A DNA stretch of 58,743 nucleotides, counting the filler, from Dimargaris cristalligena (taxonomy: Eukaryota): the NCBI GenBank assembly GCA_003614675.1. It is 6 parts of 6 records of this genome, joined end to end, with 100 filler letters (N's around TTAATTAATTAA, not from the genome) between each part and the next. Parts side by side here need not be neighbours in the genome. Positions count along the whole stretch, not along the records: positions 1 to 9,726 come from ML003241.1; positions 9,827 to 19,536 come from ML003242.1; 4 more parts are not named here. One strand, written 5' to 3'. Each line of letters begins with the position of its first letter. The first letter of the stretch is position 1. The notes beneath the pieces were generated by a model, which worked only from the letters and a program-made list of their open reading frames with translations, did not search any database and had not been told where the DNA came from. The translations under genes and the position numbers were made by a program. Below are positions 1 to 14,992 of the stretch, piece by piece.

Positions 1-56
1 GGGGGGGGGGGGGGGGGGGGGGGGGGGGGCGGGGGGGGGGGGGGGGGGGGGGGGGT
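1..56. other. Poly-G run at contig start, probable sequencing artefact
   Basis: 55 of the first 56 nt are G. Terminal poly-G is a known no-signal artefact of two-colour Illumina chemistry. Confidence 0.75.
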
Positions 57-101
57 TCATAGGACACATGTATGGCAGATTCGCGTCGGCGACGAACTTA
101 C

Positions 102-248
102 ATGTTTGACCTTGTCATCGTAAAAGGCACTTGATTTCGTCGTGTAATGTTGTGGCCTGGCCGATTGTAACGACCATGCACTGCATCCACCCCGCCGTAG
201 TAGCCATTGGGGAGACCGATAGAATAACGGCAAGACTCGTACGGACAT
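102..248 (-). CDS. First exon of a gene truncated by the contig start; probable mitochondrial precursor, possibly a PDK/BCKDK-type kinase
   Basis: ATG at 248 and 49 codons (MSVRVLPLFYRSPQWLLRRGG...SSAFYDDKVKH) end exactly at a GTAAGT donor (101-96). The N-terminus is Arg/Ser-rich and acid-free like a presequence. The family guess rests only on recalled resemblance of FYDDKV. Confidence 0.4.
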
Positions 249-1213
249 GGCCAAGTCGAAAGTTGGGCCAAATGAGTAGGGGGGACTGATGTCTAAAGGA
301 GAGGTGGGGGTGGGAAGTGCAACTAGACCGACAGGTTCGAAGTATAAGGAAAAGCTACAATAGAGGCGCCCTGATAGACTGAGAATAACAAGCGGAAAAT
401 AAAAGGCAATACTAAGTCAGCGGGTTAACTGCACGGTAGCGGCGCTGGATAGGCAAGTGGCGATTTCCAATCCCGAAAAGCCGAATGGACCAGAGATGAG
501 CGAAGCGTTGAATAGTATAGAGTAGAATAAAGCAATGCGGAGTAGTAAAGGTTGCAAAGCCAATGGATACCGTACGATAGTGGTTGATGATGAAAGGTGT
601 AAGGAGTCACATTTTATATGGATCGACTAAGGAGAGAAGATACATGAGGCGGCTGAGTGAGCTATAGCAGCAGTCTGCCCCGCTGGCCAACTACAGGAAA
701 TACCTCCCTATGGCTCAACGATAGGGAAGGCCGGGTCGATTCAACGGTCACAACAGCGACGAGCCCAATCCAAAGACGATGCCCTCCAACAGTTAAGCCT
801 GGCGACCACAAAAAGGCAGTCACGCTGGCGGGAATAGAGGGGACCTGTTCCCTGGGCACAACCAAAGTACCACATGACCATGCCGATTGCTATGCAACTC
901 ACACTGTGATGGGTGTCTATTTTTGGGATCTTCTCTCCATCAATTCAATAGGACATAAAGTTGATTATCACACCTATAGGGCATTTATTATTACAGAGTA
1001 ATTGCAATCCATAGGTTTCAACTGATTCTGAGAAGTCAGACGAAGGGGAATCAGTCGTTCCGATGGAACAACTAACGACTTAGCGGGGTGTCCACGTACG
1101 CTTAATAAGGTTGACTCGCAGAAAGTGGATTAAAAGGGCAATGATAGTAGTCACACGGGCCCAGTTCTGCAGGACCTTGTGTTCGGAATAGCGGGTGCCA
1201 GCGGGTCTCGTGC

Positions 1214-3022
<1,809 letters not shown>

Positions 3023-3417
3023 GTAATATAGGGAAGATCAAGATGAACGGGATAAGGCTGGTAGAAATCGAATAGAATAGAATAATGGAAAGTAAGACCA
3101 GAGTTGGGCGACAAATTAAAAATCCAAGCATTAGCTTTCATAGGGTAAATGGAAACCTTGCACCGCAAATTTACCTAGATGAGAGGCCTATACGTGGAAC
3201 GGATGTTCTACTGTTTAGGCAACATCAACCTGGGCTACAGTTTCTGGTACTGGGCTGGCTATATGCCCCGCACTAAGCTCTTCTCCCGTCACCTTTTCCG
3301 ACTCTATAAACTATTTTGCTATCCATTTACCCAGGTTATATCAGTTTTGCAACAGTGCTTAAGTTTATCATCAGTCTAAGTAAAATTATCATTATAAAAA
3401 TAAACAGAAATGGCTGG

Positions 3418-3450
3418 GTATATATAAATATATATATATATATATAAATA
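3418..3450. repeat. Interrupted (TA)n microsatellite
   Basis: tatatataaatatatatatatatatataaata seen directly. Confidence 0.7.
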
Positions 3451-3739
3451 AAGGGAAGTGGCTACAATAGCGCCCGTTATGAATACACTAGGTCCGGGGC
3501 TATCAAGTACACATTCTAAACATTCTTCAAATACGCTAGTATTATCTATCGGACCAATAAGGGCCTCCCAGGTTGAACCTCAGTCCCAAAGGAGCAAACT
3601 ACGCCTACCAGGCGTCCGTGGCTAAGTAAGCTGGATAAGATATACACATGTACCCAATATAAAAACCCGGACATGGTCGGCGTTACGGGATTGTAGTAGG
3701 CCAAGGAGTGGAAGAGAGAAAAGTATTGGTATAAAAGTA

Positions 3740-4192
3740 TTACAGGTGAGCGAGAGCGGCCACGGAAGCGAGCAGCGGAAGGACCATTGCTAGCGACGAC
3801 AGAAGCGGAGTGGCGGCGGCGGAACTCGATGAACCGTTATCAGTGATGGACATATTGAGATCCTTAGTGAAGAAGTCCAAGAAACAACCGTTGGAGCACT
3901 CGTCGGATTCGAATGTGGTCGAGGTATCGTTGGTCTGCTGGCTGCCGGGGCAGGCGTTGAGGCATTCACGGGTGGTGTTCAACTGGGCCTGGGTGGCGTT
4001 GAAGCAAACCGCAAAACACTTGGACGTGCTCACTTCACAATCGGGGCCATTCATACACGACTTTTGGTCCGACGTGATATTGCTCAACAGGACCGTCAGG
4101 TCGTCGGTGTTCTGGGTGCTGGTAGAGGCATTGTCAGCCACGGCGAGCGACAGAGTGCACAGGGCCATAACAAGGGCAGCGGTGAACTTCAT
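3740..4192 (-). CDS. Small secreted 8-cysteine protein, probable GPI-anchored surface protein (150 aa)
   Basis: Signal peptide MKFTAALVMALCTLSLAVA, 8 Cys in the mature part with three CxxxC pairs, several N-x-S/T sequons, a GSSSSAAA spacer and a hydrophobic C-terminal tail. A TATAAAA lies upstream at 4340-4334. Confidence 0.8.
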   Translation of the reverse strand: MKFTAALVMALCTLSLAVADNASTSTQNTDDLTVLLSNITSDQKSCMNGPDCEVSTSKCFAVCFNATQAQLNTTRECLNACPGSQQTNDTSTTFESDECSNGCFLDFFTKDLNMSITDNGSSSSAAATPLLSSLAMVLPLLASVAALAHL

Positions 4193-7100
4193 GGTGAATG
4201 TAGGAAGGTTGAAGTGAATAAATAGGTGGAAATGGTAAAAGAGGACGGGTAATATCGAATGTCCAGGTAGATGAAGAGTATGCGAGGGGGGTGATGATAC
4301 GTATTAGAATAGATTGGGGGCCGAAGTCAAACATTTTATAGAGCGACCCTCCCCCCAGCGAGAATGCGCGTGAGCAACGCCAAGGCGAGATGGTTGTAAC
4401 ATCAGGGACCATCTGCTCTTTCACACAACTGTGCATTTGCCTTCGCTAGAAGCAGGCGGTGGATTTTCACCCCGTCCATCGACATTGATGAACCTTCAAG
4501 ATCGGCAACGCTCCCTTACAGCCCACCGAGTTGATCCTCGCGGTAGAAGCAATTGATTGGGAAATAGTATTATCCCCTTACCATCAACATGGGCCAACTA
4601 AAAAGGTATCGGATGCTCACTGATTGACATCGCTTTAGGACCCTTGCTACGCTGTATATACGAGGGAAAGTGTAAACGTAATTAGAACTGTACAGCCCCA
4701 CGGTGGCCTTTACTCGAAAGGGCGGCCCATAGAAGCAAATCTGACAAATCGTGAAAATACAACCGGGAGGATATTCGCCAATGCGTAGAACATAGGTAGT
4801 AGCGAACTTGGTCTGGTATATGCGAACTGGAGTTTGTGGATCTCAGCCCCCCTCCCCCAAAGAAAAGGCCCGTAGCTATTTCGCCCAGCTCATTGCTGTC
4901 TAGATTCCTAAACTGTGGCTGAACTGGGGCCATGTCCAAATAATATACCCATCGATGTCAAAATAGGTGATAATTTGATTTGCTGACCTATAATAGCTTG
5001 CTCGATATCTCTTCCCACTCCAATATTTGTAGGAGCCAGGCGTAGATAGACAAGATTTCCTTCGAATACAATTGTGTCGACTACCTATGGCTATATCACT
5101 TCCTTGGATGTATACTTGTCGGGCGGGTACGTGGAAAGTGGTGCTCTAGTTTCGGCATGGAATAGGAAAGTGGACCGCCCAAGCGTCGCCTTGACAATTG
5201 TATCTATAACCTATAGTAAATTTGGTATAAGGTCCATGGACGAGAGGATACACTCAGCCCAGTGACTATGGGGAGGTATTCAAAAGGGTCGATAATGGGA
5301 GAATTGAGGCGATCGCTTCAAATGGCTGACCCTATTCGGGGATTACCATAGATGATCCCTGCCCTTTTACGCCACCAACAACTTTATGTGGGGGGAGTGG
5401 AGGGTTCTCTAGCCTTCACTTTAGCTTACGACTGGTTAATTGGTGACGGGTAGTTTCCCCCCTCGATATGTCGAAAACGACTCGCTGCTGCCATGAGGTA
5501 TGACCTCATCGCTATCTGGCCATCCGCAGGTATATGGGCTTACATTGGCTTCTTGTTGATAAACAACGGATGCCAATCTACAGATGCTATGGAAGGGTTC
5601 GTTGAACAGAAAGTGGAAAGCCAACTAACCCCATAAGTCTGTAGATTATACAAACATAGAATCACTCAAGCGAGACTTAAGGGTGTCTCCAAGTTGAGAG
5701 AGCAGGGCCTGCCTAGCTAACCAATAGGCCATTGGACCGGTCATTTTTTGTTATTGAGAGGGAGGGGAAGATCTGTCGCTGGTGTTTGTTAATAGGTAAC
5801 TCGGACGCTTTTCATGTGATCGACGATGGCCTATTGCGGCGACTTAGTATGGTCAACCCGCCATGACCACCTGTTATACCCATAAAAAGAAGAATTAGCC
5901 AGGGCCACACACACATGCACTTTGGTCGAGTGGGAGTAGCTTAGTTGATGATTAGACGGAACATACTGTCGAGAAACTCCCTCGCATCATAAATTGGCCT
6001 TACTATGCGTTTACCAATGGGCAGGCAGGCCACTAATTCCCCTTAGTGTGTTTAGCAGGTAATATTGTCCGTGATTTGGCTGTTTCGAATGACAGTGGCG
6101 GTTTCAGGGGCCATAGTCTGGTGCACTGACTTAATAGAGCGAAAGAGATTACCCTGCGGCGTCAAAAAAAAAATTGACCACTGGATTTCTAGCAAATTGT
6201 AAATACCTGAGATGAGCATGAAAAGATGGCCATTAAAGGAATTCCTAAAGATAGATTAGCAATGGGCTACTGGTGGAATCCGAGAAACTGTATGGACAGG
6301 GAAAGCACTAGATTTCCCAAACCCATACTCTTCACCTCGAATTGCGAGGGAACTGGATAAGCATCAACTGTAATTTGATGCCGGGATTTATGTAAACCAG
6401 CCAGTGTAAAGTTAACCCCCACTGAAGACCAGGATTATGTATTAATACGCACTCTTATTTTTAGAACGCTATGAACATGTCTACACCCAGAGGCCCCTCC
6501 ATTGGGATTCGCCCATCTACGGAGGCAATACGCAACCGGCCAGGGTGGATTTTGAAGGTAATGAAAAATCATGGTAGACCCCCCACACCAGCGCACATTC
6601 TGATACAGGGTGGGCCAGGATGAACGTGTGTGTTTTATGAACCATTTCCCCATTCCCACCGGTAGTTCAAGCCTGGGACGCCATGTACTACGCTGCCAAA
6701 TCGGACAGGCTAAACGATTTGCCCAAGGTTCGCATAGGCCCTCCCAAGAAAGAACGGGGGAGAGAACCTTTCGCGTGGGTAACTCGTAAGCAGATTACAG
6801 GGTCTGGGACAACTGCAGTAAACTGCCTTTATCTGATGGTAGTAGTAATAGGAAATGACCAAATTTGAACCTGAGGGCTGGGTACATGGAGGAAATCCAC
6901 TAAGCCGGCCTGTCAGATGTGGGACGGAAACGAAGGATATTTGTTGGTGCGAAGAGGGAAGTGAAGTGGCAGAAATATGCACGGCAGATTTCCAGCCGTC
7001 TGCTACTAAAACAGCGGTGCCGATGGATTGACAATGCTGCCCTCCTTCCTAGTCCATAAACCTCTGCCCTCCGCTCACCAAAGAAACTGGAGATACGACT

Positions 7101-7712
7101 GGATAGCGAATTCAATAGCCACCACTGTACCACATCCGGCCGACTGGTTAGGCGGAATAAAGTAGCACCTGGGCGCTTGAAAAGACTGCCGCCCTACGCA
7201 GGCCGATAGAAAGGGTGGCCCGGGAAAAGGTGATACGTGGGGGGTGTTGGTGCACCTAGAGGCGAGCATCAGCTGCCTCTCCTCCCCCATCCCACTCAAA
7301 AGACTGCACAAGTGGCTGACTGGTATCGGATGAGTGGTGGAATAGCGCTATTAACATAGAGCCAAATCAGCAGCAGTCGATGATACCGGTTCAGAGACTT
7401 TGCCTATTCGTAAGTATTACATATATAAAGAACCCCAAGACCGGCACCAATTCAATGCAACGCTAACCATTCGCCATGATATTACATCACACTATTCTGG
7501 CCTAACTCTCAACACAATCCCGCCCGACATCCCTCCGATCACAGGATAACTGACTGGCCGCATTATTCGCAGCTGAGCTCACCTGACCCCGCGTGTCTTG
7601 CATTTCCCGCCAAGCCCACCTCGTATACTCTCTCACACACGCCATTTGTAGGCTGTGGGTGCTACACCGCTTAGTATCGACTATCCTCGACATACCTTAT
7701 ATAGCCCCCACT

Positions 7713-9004
7713 ATGGTGACCACTACTTTGCGACGAGTGTGCATTTTAGTTTCCTCTATCGCCGTTTCTTATACCCTTACTTACCCTCCCGCTTCCGCTG
7801 CTGAATTCAAACCCATGGATAACTCCGTCCGCATTCGTCTCATGAAGGGCCTGACTCCGACCTTCGGAGGTCCCCAGCTCGAGTAAGTGGACATGTTTTC
7901 AGTTGTGGCTGAGTGGTAGGTGTGCATGGTGGAGTCGTTAGGAGGAATCGCTCTACCTCTGCTCCCATTTCCTAGCCCATGCACTAGACAGGTACCGAAA
8001 TGGGTCACCAGGCCTTGGCACCCATGTTCAAAAGCAACGAACCGCCATTCCACAGACACATGGTGACTAACTCCTTTACCTATGCTTCCTGCCTTCCGCT
8101 GTCACGCTACTTGGCTTGTGGGTCTTTACCTAGATATGTCATTGACGTCGACGGGACCCTGGATGAAGCCACCGTGCGCTACGAAAAGTACCCGCTGGGC
8201 AAGATTAATCCCCAGCCCATTGAGACCAAAGAAACGACTATTAAGGGGTAAGTCATTGTGAATCTCCCGTAGTAGCATTTTGTGACTCTGGGCTATCCGA
8301 AGGAGCTGAGCCGCCCCCACCGTTCTGTTATTCGGTGATGGAGACTAAACAATTATTAGGGAGAGGAGGATGTGTGGTAAACTAATCTAACTAAAATAGC
8401 GCCCCTCACTGACTGTCCATCCCACCAAATACCTCTAAAAAAATTACACCCTTCAAATTCAGTGATCAACTCACTCAGCTGCTAGTCAACGCGGAATCTC
8501 TTCACTCGCTACCCTGCCAACCCGAACCCCACAATGACGACGCGTTTGGTCACGATATCGCCATTTTCGCCCAGCTACCTGGTCGTGCCCCCTGGATGAA
8601 CGGTTAGTCACCTTATTCTACACTCAATATCCCATAGATCCTCTCATATGCCCTTGGTGTGAATTGAGCAATCGTTTGGCATCAACCAGCCGAATTATTG
8701 GTATTGGGCTAGGTTGTGCCCACCGCAACTCTTCGGCCAAATGAAGTGATTAAGACTGACTCTTATTACACAGCTACCCTTCCCTTCAACCCTCCTCACC
8801 ATTTCCCTACCTCTGCATTTTTCTCTTATTCGCTATTCCTGCATCCAATTAGGCCGTGGTCAAGGCTGCGCGGTCAATAATGACTGGGATGAGGAGTCCA
8901 TCCAGGACTCCTTCCGCGTCAATTCGGAGGAACAGGACAAATTTAAGCAAATCGCCGATCATATTCATCAAACCGCTCAACAAGTTCTGTCAACGGATTC
9001 CTAG
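7713..9004 (+). CDS. Hypothetical protein, 4 exons (7713-7882, 8134-8247, 8463-8602, 8853-9004), 191 aa
   Basis: Three GT-AG introns (donors GTAAGT, GTAAGT, GTTAGT) give a stop-free 576-nt frame: ...FGGPQLEYVIDVDG...SLPCQPEPHNDDAFGHDIAIFAQLPGRAPWMNGRGQGC...EEQDKFKQIADHI...STDS*. The N-terminus is hydrophobic. Confidence 0.8.
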
Positions 9005-9480
9005 GATTAATAACTCAGCTGGGTATTGCAACCTTCTACCGCTTATACATTTCTGAATCGACACCGATTAGAAAAGCATATATTATGAGGGACCAAGCCC
9101 AAAATAAGTTGCCTGTCTAGGTCTATTCGTTTTTTTTGTTTGTTTTTTTGTAAACGATGACAATGGAGTAGATGAGACGACCTCCATTACATTTTATAGC
9201 TAGGTCCGTCCTACAGTTAATGCCTGGACTTCGTGAATATACCTTGTTGATAATAAACCAAACTGAAAAATCCAGGATTCGAATTCTACCAGAAACCCCC
9301 CCCCCCACCCCACCATGTTTAACTCGCTTATCTAGACGATATCATTTGTGTCAATATTCTGGTGCATTAGCGCAACTCTGGATTCAATACATGCTATATT
9401 CATAAAACGAGTATGACATTAGAAAAATAAACTCAAGGTGAACATCAACGAACCATAGTGCGACCCAAAAACAAAAATAT

Positions 9481-9551
9481 TGCCGTTGGCAGGAATCGAA
9501 CCTGCGTCGGCGCGGCCACAACGCGATGTACTGCCACTATACTACAACGGC
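9481..9551 (-). tRNA. tRNA-His(GTG)
   Basis: Reverse complement GCCGTTGTAGTATAGTGGCAGTACATCGCGTTGTGGCCGCGCCGACGCAGGTTCGATTCCTGCCAACGGCA has a paired acceptor stem, GTG anticodon and GGTTCGATTCC T-loop, with a T5 terminator downstream. Confidence 0.95.
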
Positions 9552-9726
9552 TAATATATTTGTTGTGGTGTGGCAGAGCGACTAATATAATAATAGGCGT
9601 AAATGCCTTATAATCAAAGAGATAGTAGAGTCGAACCTTAAGAATAACTAAGACAACTGTAGGTAAAACTACCGGTACAGTTCAGAAGAATGAAAAAAGA
9701 GATGTTTTATTAAGAGCTGTGATTCT

Positions 9727-9826
9727 NNNNNNNNNNNNNNNNNNNNNNNNNNNNNNNNNNNNNNNNNNNNTTAATTAATTAANNNNNNNNNNNNNNNNNN
9801 NNNNNNNNNNNNNNNNNNNNNNNNNN
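9727..9826. other. Artificial contig spacer
   Basis: N44-TTAATTAATTAA-N44; the 12-mer gives stops in all six frames. Confidence 0.98.
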
Positions 9827-9974
9827 AAAAATTCATATAGAAGGAATGGGTTAAAAGGAAAGGGAAAAAAACTGGATATACTAGATAAAAAAGCCACTTC
9901 ATACCTTTTATATAAATATAATAATTTAATAATAATTCATACCTGTGGTAATCAAGGGGATACTCCACCTTGCC

Positions 9975-10037
9975 ATACCATTAGAAGCCTATCCTCAGGA
10001 CTCTTGATGGACTAAGAGTGGTTAACCTGGGTAACAT
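9975..10037 (+). mobile_element. 3' end fragment of the same LTR-like repeat found at 36806-38062
   Basis: accattagaagcctatcctcaggactcttgatggactaagagtggttaacctgggtaaca matches 37325-37385 and the reverse complement of 37481-37543, and ends in ...AACA. Confidence 0.8.
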
Positions 10038-11642
10038 CGGGGTTCCTATTTTGAGTTTCTACAATGTGTACAGATTCTATTAGCTATTTTTTTTTATTAA
10101 AATGGGGTTAACTGAATAAAGTGGAAGAGGTAAGACTGACCCAAATGGAAATCCTTCAGCACCTTGGAGGAAAAGTGGCTCAATCTCCAGAATAATATCA
10201 ACTACTGGAAAATAGTCTTAGTGGCCTATGGGGTGGGAGGTGCCACTGTGCTGATAGAGGTGGGCACTGGGCTGAACATGGGCCATGAAATTGAGTCACT
10301 TAGATGAAAATTGATATGTTAGATTTATAGGGCAGCTTACGACATACTATCCTTTCAGGTATTAGTTAATTCAACATTCTACAATGTCACCCAATTTTCT
10401 ATACAATAAACAGACCTGTTTGAGGTCTTCTAAAATTAGTGTTTCACGAACAGCCTTTTTGACATAAAATATACTCCTGGAGTGTGGCTCCAGTATATGA
10501 CTGTATGACAATTTTATTAATGGAGACTCTCATCCATAGATTAATTTGGTTCACTGGAAAGTAAATTGTATTGCAGGTCGATCAGGTCAGTGAGATAGCA
10601 GAACTGTTTGGGTCAGATAACTACAGTCACCTGGGCGCAGGTTTGTAAACAACACTGTCACCGACGAGAAAAAAAAAATAGGAAATAGGAAATCAAAGAA
10701 GTGAATGCCACCCAATTTTGATTTGGACTATAGTTTGTACAGTTAAATCCCAAGCCGATAACCAGTGAATGGGCGGTTCGTACTCTTAATTCCAGTGGCA
10801 AGATTCTGTAACCGATTAAGCCGAGTGGGGCCAGAGAACTGTATAAATGACTAAAGCCGAGTAGGACAAATAACTAAACAAAATAAAGTAGATAATAATT
10901 ATTTTATTGAAAGACACGGGATTCTGGTCTGCCACTCGGGGCGGCCTATATTATTCCTCTGGGATGAGGTGTGGTTCTTGTGCTGTTGGGGTGGGGCTAT
11001 CTTCCTCCATGGCGGGGGATAGATGAGTCGCGGTGTGGTCCTTTGGTTCCTCCTCACTTGAGTACCATGTACTGTGGGGAGGGTTGACCTCTCGCCTGTG
11101 AGTGGTGGATGCCTCCCCCAGTTGCAATTCAATGGATAACCCAAATGAGGGCAAAATTGATTTGACAGAAAAAATAAATTGTCCATTTTTAAGTAGACCA
11201 CGACACCTGGGAATCCCAATACCCCAAAAAGGAATCTTGGCCAAAATCAAAAACAGTCGGATTTGACGCAATCAGTCAAATACGGCCAAATGCCCAGTTG
11301 AGGAAAAAGGCAGGAAATGCCATGTATATGATTTACAGCCCTGTATTATTGGCCCACAAAATCCACTAAAGCATTTCACTAGGATAACAATATTTTGTAC
11401 TTAAATTGGGCCGCTCGCGCCAGCTTCGACATGTTCGTCTGTCGCAGCCCTTTTCCTTAAAACGCGTAATTAATTATGCCTAGCTCAGGTCCCCTTTTTT
11501 TTAAATAGTTAGATCAATATTCCTCCCATATCCCCCAGTATTAGTGTCTAAGTATACTATTCAGCACACCCAATTTATCCGATTTCAAACTTTATTGATT
11601 TGTTATAATTATTATTAAAAAACCAATCCCATTCACTATATC

Positions 11643-13604
11643 ATGAGCGACAGACATGCAGGAAGTACCCGGTACCAAGGAGGTTTGTCAGACGCTCCCT
11701 CCACCTTGACAACCGGAAGTCGACCGACGACCAACTGCCCACCGCCAACCGGGTTGTCTAGTCCCGGAAATAGCTCCCCATACACAACCCCCCACATCAC
11801 CCCGCTTCCTCGACGCCAAATCACAGTGCTCTTAATGATGGGGGTCACCGAGCCCACCAGTTTTACCGTCCTTTTCCCCTTCGTGTACCTCATGGTTCGC
11901 GACTTCCACATCACCACGGATCCCAAAGCTATCGGCCTCTACGTTGGCATGGTAGCCTCAGCCTTTCCCATGGCCCGACTCTCCACGGGGATGTTATGGG
12001 GTTTTCTCTCCGACCGCGTGGGCCGCCGACCCATTCTACTGACCGGCGTCATGGGTTCGATCGTTTGTTCGCTGCTGTTTGGCTTAAGCCATTCCCAGTT
12101 ATGGGTGATACTGGTGCGGGCCGTTTGGGGTGGATTGAACGGCAGTTTCCATATTGCCAAGTCCATTTTTGCGGAAATCACCGACGAAACTAACCAAGCC
12201 AAGGCGTTTAGTTTGTTACCGTGCTGCCGAAACTTGGGCATTATTCTGGGTCCCATGATTGGCGGCTTACTTTCGAACCCCGTGGAGAATTACTCCAGGG
12301 TATTTGGCGAAAGCGCCCTATTCGCCAAGTACCCTTATCTTTTACCTTGCCTAGTTTGTACTATCCTGAGTGCTATGAGTTAGACGGTGGGATTCCTTTT
12401 CTTAGAGGAAACGCTTCATAAAAATATCTCGGCCTTGCAGACATCAAAGCCGGGTACGACGGTCGCGGTACTGGATAGAGAGCGAGAAGTAGATGATACA
12501 CATAGGAGCATTGTCATTCCCACCGGTTCGAGTAGTTCTTCTATTACGCTGGTATCGACACAGTCGCAGAAGTCACCAAACTTGACAACTGAGCCGAATG
12601 AACGACATGGGCTACTTAGTAACGCGTCGCAGAACTCCGCATCCACCATGGTACCCTGTAGCTATGACACTGCAACTCAATCCACTCATTATAATACATA
12701 TCAAGGTAACGGCATCAAGAAACCCTCGCCTGATGCTGAAGGTGGCACTAATGGTGGTGCCGAATCTTCCACTGGTTTAAATAGCCCTTCGAGCCCAGTC
12801 GGCAAGCCTCCTCTCAGTGCTCGAGAATCCCTAGCGATTGCATTCAACCGGGACACACTCAAATTCATCGCTGGCTACTTTGGACTCGCTCTACTGGCCA
12901 TCATGTTTGACGAATTGCACCCAGTCTGGGCCGCCACCGACCCAGACCTGGGCGGTATTGGGCTAACGGTCCAAACCATTGGACTTACGCTGTCCACCTC
13001 GGGGGCCGCCGTCCTGTACGTTCAAATTGTAGCGTACCCCAAGGTCCAGCGTTATTTGGGCAGTCTCCTTCGTTTTCGTTACGGTGCCATCCTATTCTCT
13101 GTTTTATTGTTTACGTTCCCCTTTATTTCCTCATTGGAAGCCTATCGCCGTACCGCCCCTTACAATACTGCGGATAGTTCATCTACGTTTGCTAGTCCTG
13201 GTCAACAACAGCCTATTCGACTCATTACCTGGATCGCCCTCATCGTCGCACTCTTTGCCAAAGTATGCGGCAACACTTTTTGTTTCACGAGCGCCCATCT
13301 ATTAATCAACAATTCGGTGCCAAGCCGCGAAGCTCTGGGCACCGTCAATGGATTTTCCCAGAGTGTGGGTTCTTTGGCCAAAGCCATTGGGCCGATTATG
13401 GCCGGGGCCCTTTGGAGCTGGTCCCTCGCGAATGGATATTCTTTTTCGTTGGACTACCATTTTATTTTCATTATTGCTTCCCTCATTGCCTTGGCTACCT
13501 ATTTGGTTACTTTTACTTGGCACCCCCGCATCAACCGCCAGGCCTTCGCTAAAACGACGAGTAAGTCGGTTCAACCGGGTGGAAATGCCAATCGTGCGGT
13601 CTAG
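11643..13604 (+). pseudogene. MFS transporter (YCR023C/ZIFL-like) copy 1, interrupted by one in-frame TAG at 12381-12383
   Basis: Two same-frame ORFs align end to end with the intact paralog. AMS*TVGFLFLEETL corresponds to TCSWVLGYFYLEETL. MFS motif A is WGFLSDRVGRRP. Confidence 0.85.
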
Positions 13605-14992
13605 TATAGGGCGTCCCCCACTGTCCACTAGACTGTTGTTGTTGTATACAATTTAAAGGGCTGCAAGTTGCTGTTGAACCATACGAAATTATATTTCACT
13701 CGAAGCAACTGAAAACGGAACCGAATGGCTGTTTTTTTCGAGGCTATCCCATCCATTACGACCCGCGTAAAATGCCGGCGCTTTTTATTTCAACGGATAC
13801 GAGCAAGTCCAGATGGGAAATCGATGTGGACTATTTATTATATATTATATATATATACTGAGAGCGCAGCCTCCAATTTCTAAATATATTATTTGAACAT
13901 ATCCATTTCATGTTACTGATTTGTAGGGATAGTCGTTGATAGGTGTGACAATGTAGATATGGGAAGGTGGACATGATTGAGAGGGACGGCCCTGCGATAA
14001 TCGGGCCATTGGGCCTCCGGAGGTACCGAGACCTTAAGCTGAATAGGAGAGTCCAACATAGTGGTACAAGTTCATGGGCCTCCAACCCAAGGTAATACCC
14101 AGTTGAATGGCATACATCCCACACCATTCAAGGCCTACTCGTTATAATATCCACCCAAACAACCATGGCCGATTGAGGAATACTTACTACGTTTATCTTG
14201 GCCGAAAACGAGTTCCCCTATCCATGCTTATACTTGGGTCGAGAGGCACTCGGCTACTGAATCCCCTCTTCCGCTGTTGGCAGAGGTCTGGACTAAACTA
14301 CCTTGAGATCTGTCGTTAGAATCTAAAAAGGGCCCATCCAAGTCATCCAGCCACCATGCAGTAGGGGTAACCCACTTGCCGTAGCCAATCCGCCCTACTG
14401 GAACGGGATTGGCTAATTGCTGTATATGGCCAATGAGGTCATATGGGGATCGCAGCCTCGGAATATAAATCATCCGGGACTTCTAGAAGAGCGGTGTTGA
14501 TTGGCTATAATGTGCCGATAAGTGTATATGGCCCATGTATTACCCTGCTTTTGCCATTGGCCATACATATCCTTTACTAAGGTTGGAAGGATACTTACTA
14601 CTCAGATACTTATAAATACACTCGCCCTCCCTTTCAACCATGTAAACTAATCTTCTTACCCTACCTGCCTTTTTCCTGGACTGCCCCGCCGGTTAGATAT
14701 CTAATAAGTGTGGCGTGACCGGCCTCATTCTTATTATTCATTCCTTCACTTGGTAGGACAGTTCTGGCCAGTATTCTACTTGCTATAAGTGGCGGTCATT
14801 ATTTTTCGTTCGCCTTTTCCCTTACCGAATATCCCCACAATATAGTTGGTACACATTACTTTCTATAGCTCAAAATTATTTGTCCCGCTTCCTTAAAATC
14901 TATTAAAAACCGCCATATCGGTATAGATTATCTCTAAATTATCCAGCAACTCCCCGACTATTTACCCCCTACTTCCAGCCCACCCAGCCACC

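Noticed and set aside
1..56. Telomere or G-quadruplex element
   Set aside because: Pure poly-G at a contig edge that cuts into an intron; no telomeric repeat unit.
4400..7600. Short ORFs in the long intergenic region of contig 1
   Set aside because: Mostly non-ATG starts, with no motifs, codon bias or splice-consistent structure that I could find.
9771..9782. Recurring TTAATTAATTAA palindrome as a biological motif
   Set aside because: It is always centred in N44 flanks and is an all-frame stop linker.
12381..12383. Selenocysteine, pyrrolysine or a reassigned genetic code
   Set aside because: The codon is TAG at a Trp site, not TGA at a Cys site. TAG is used as a normal stop elsewhere (13602-13604, 28615-28617).
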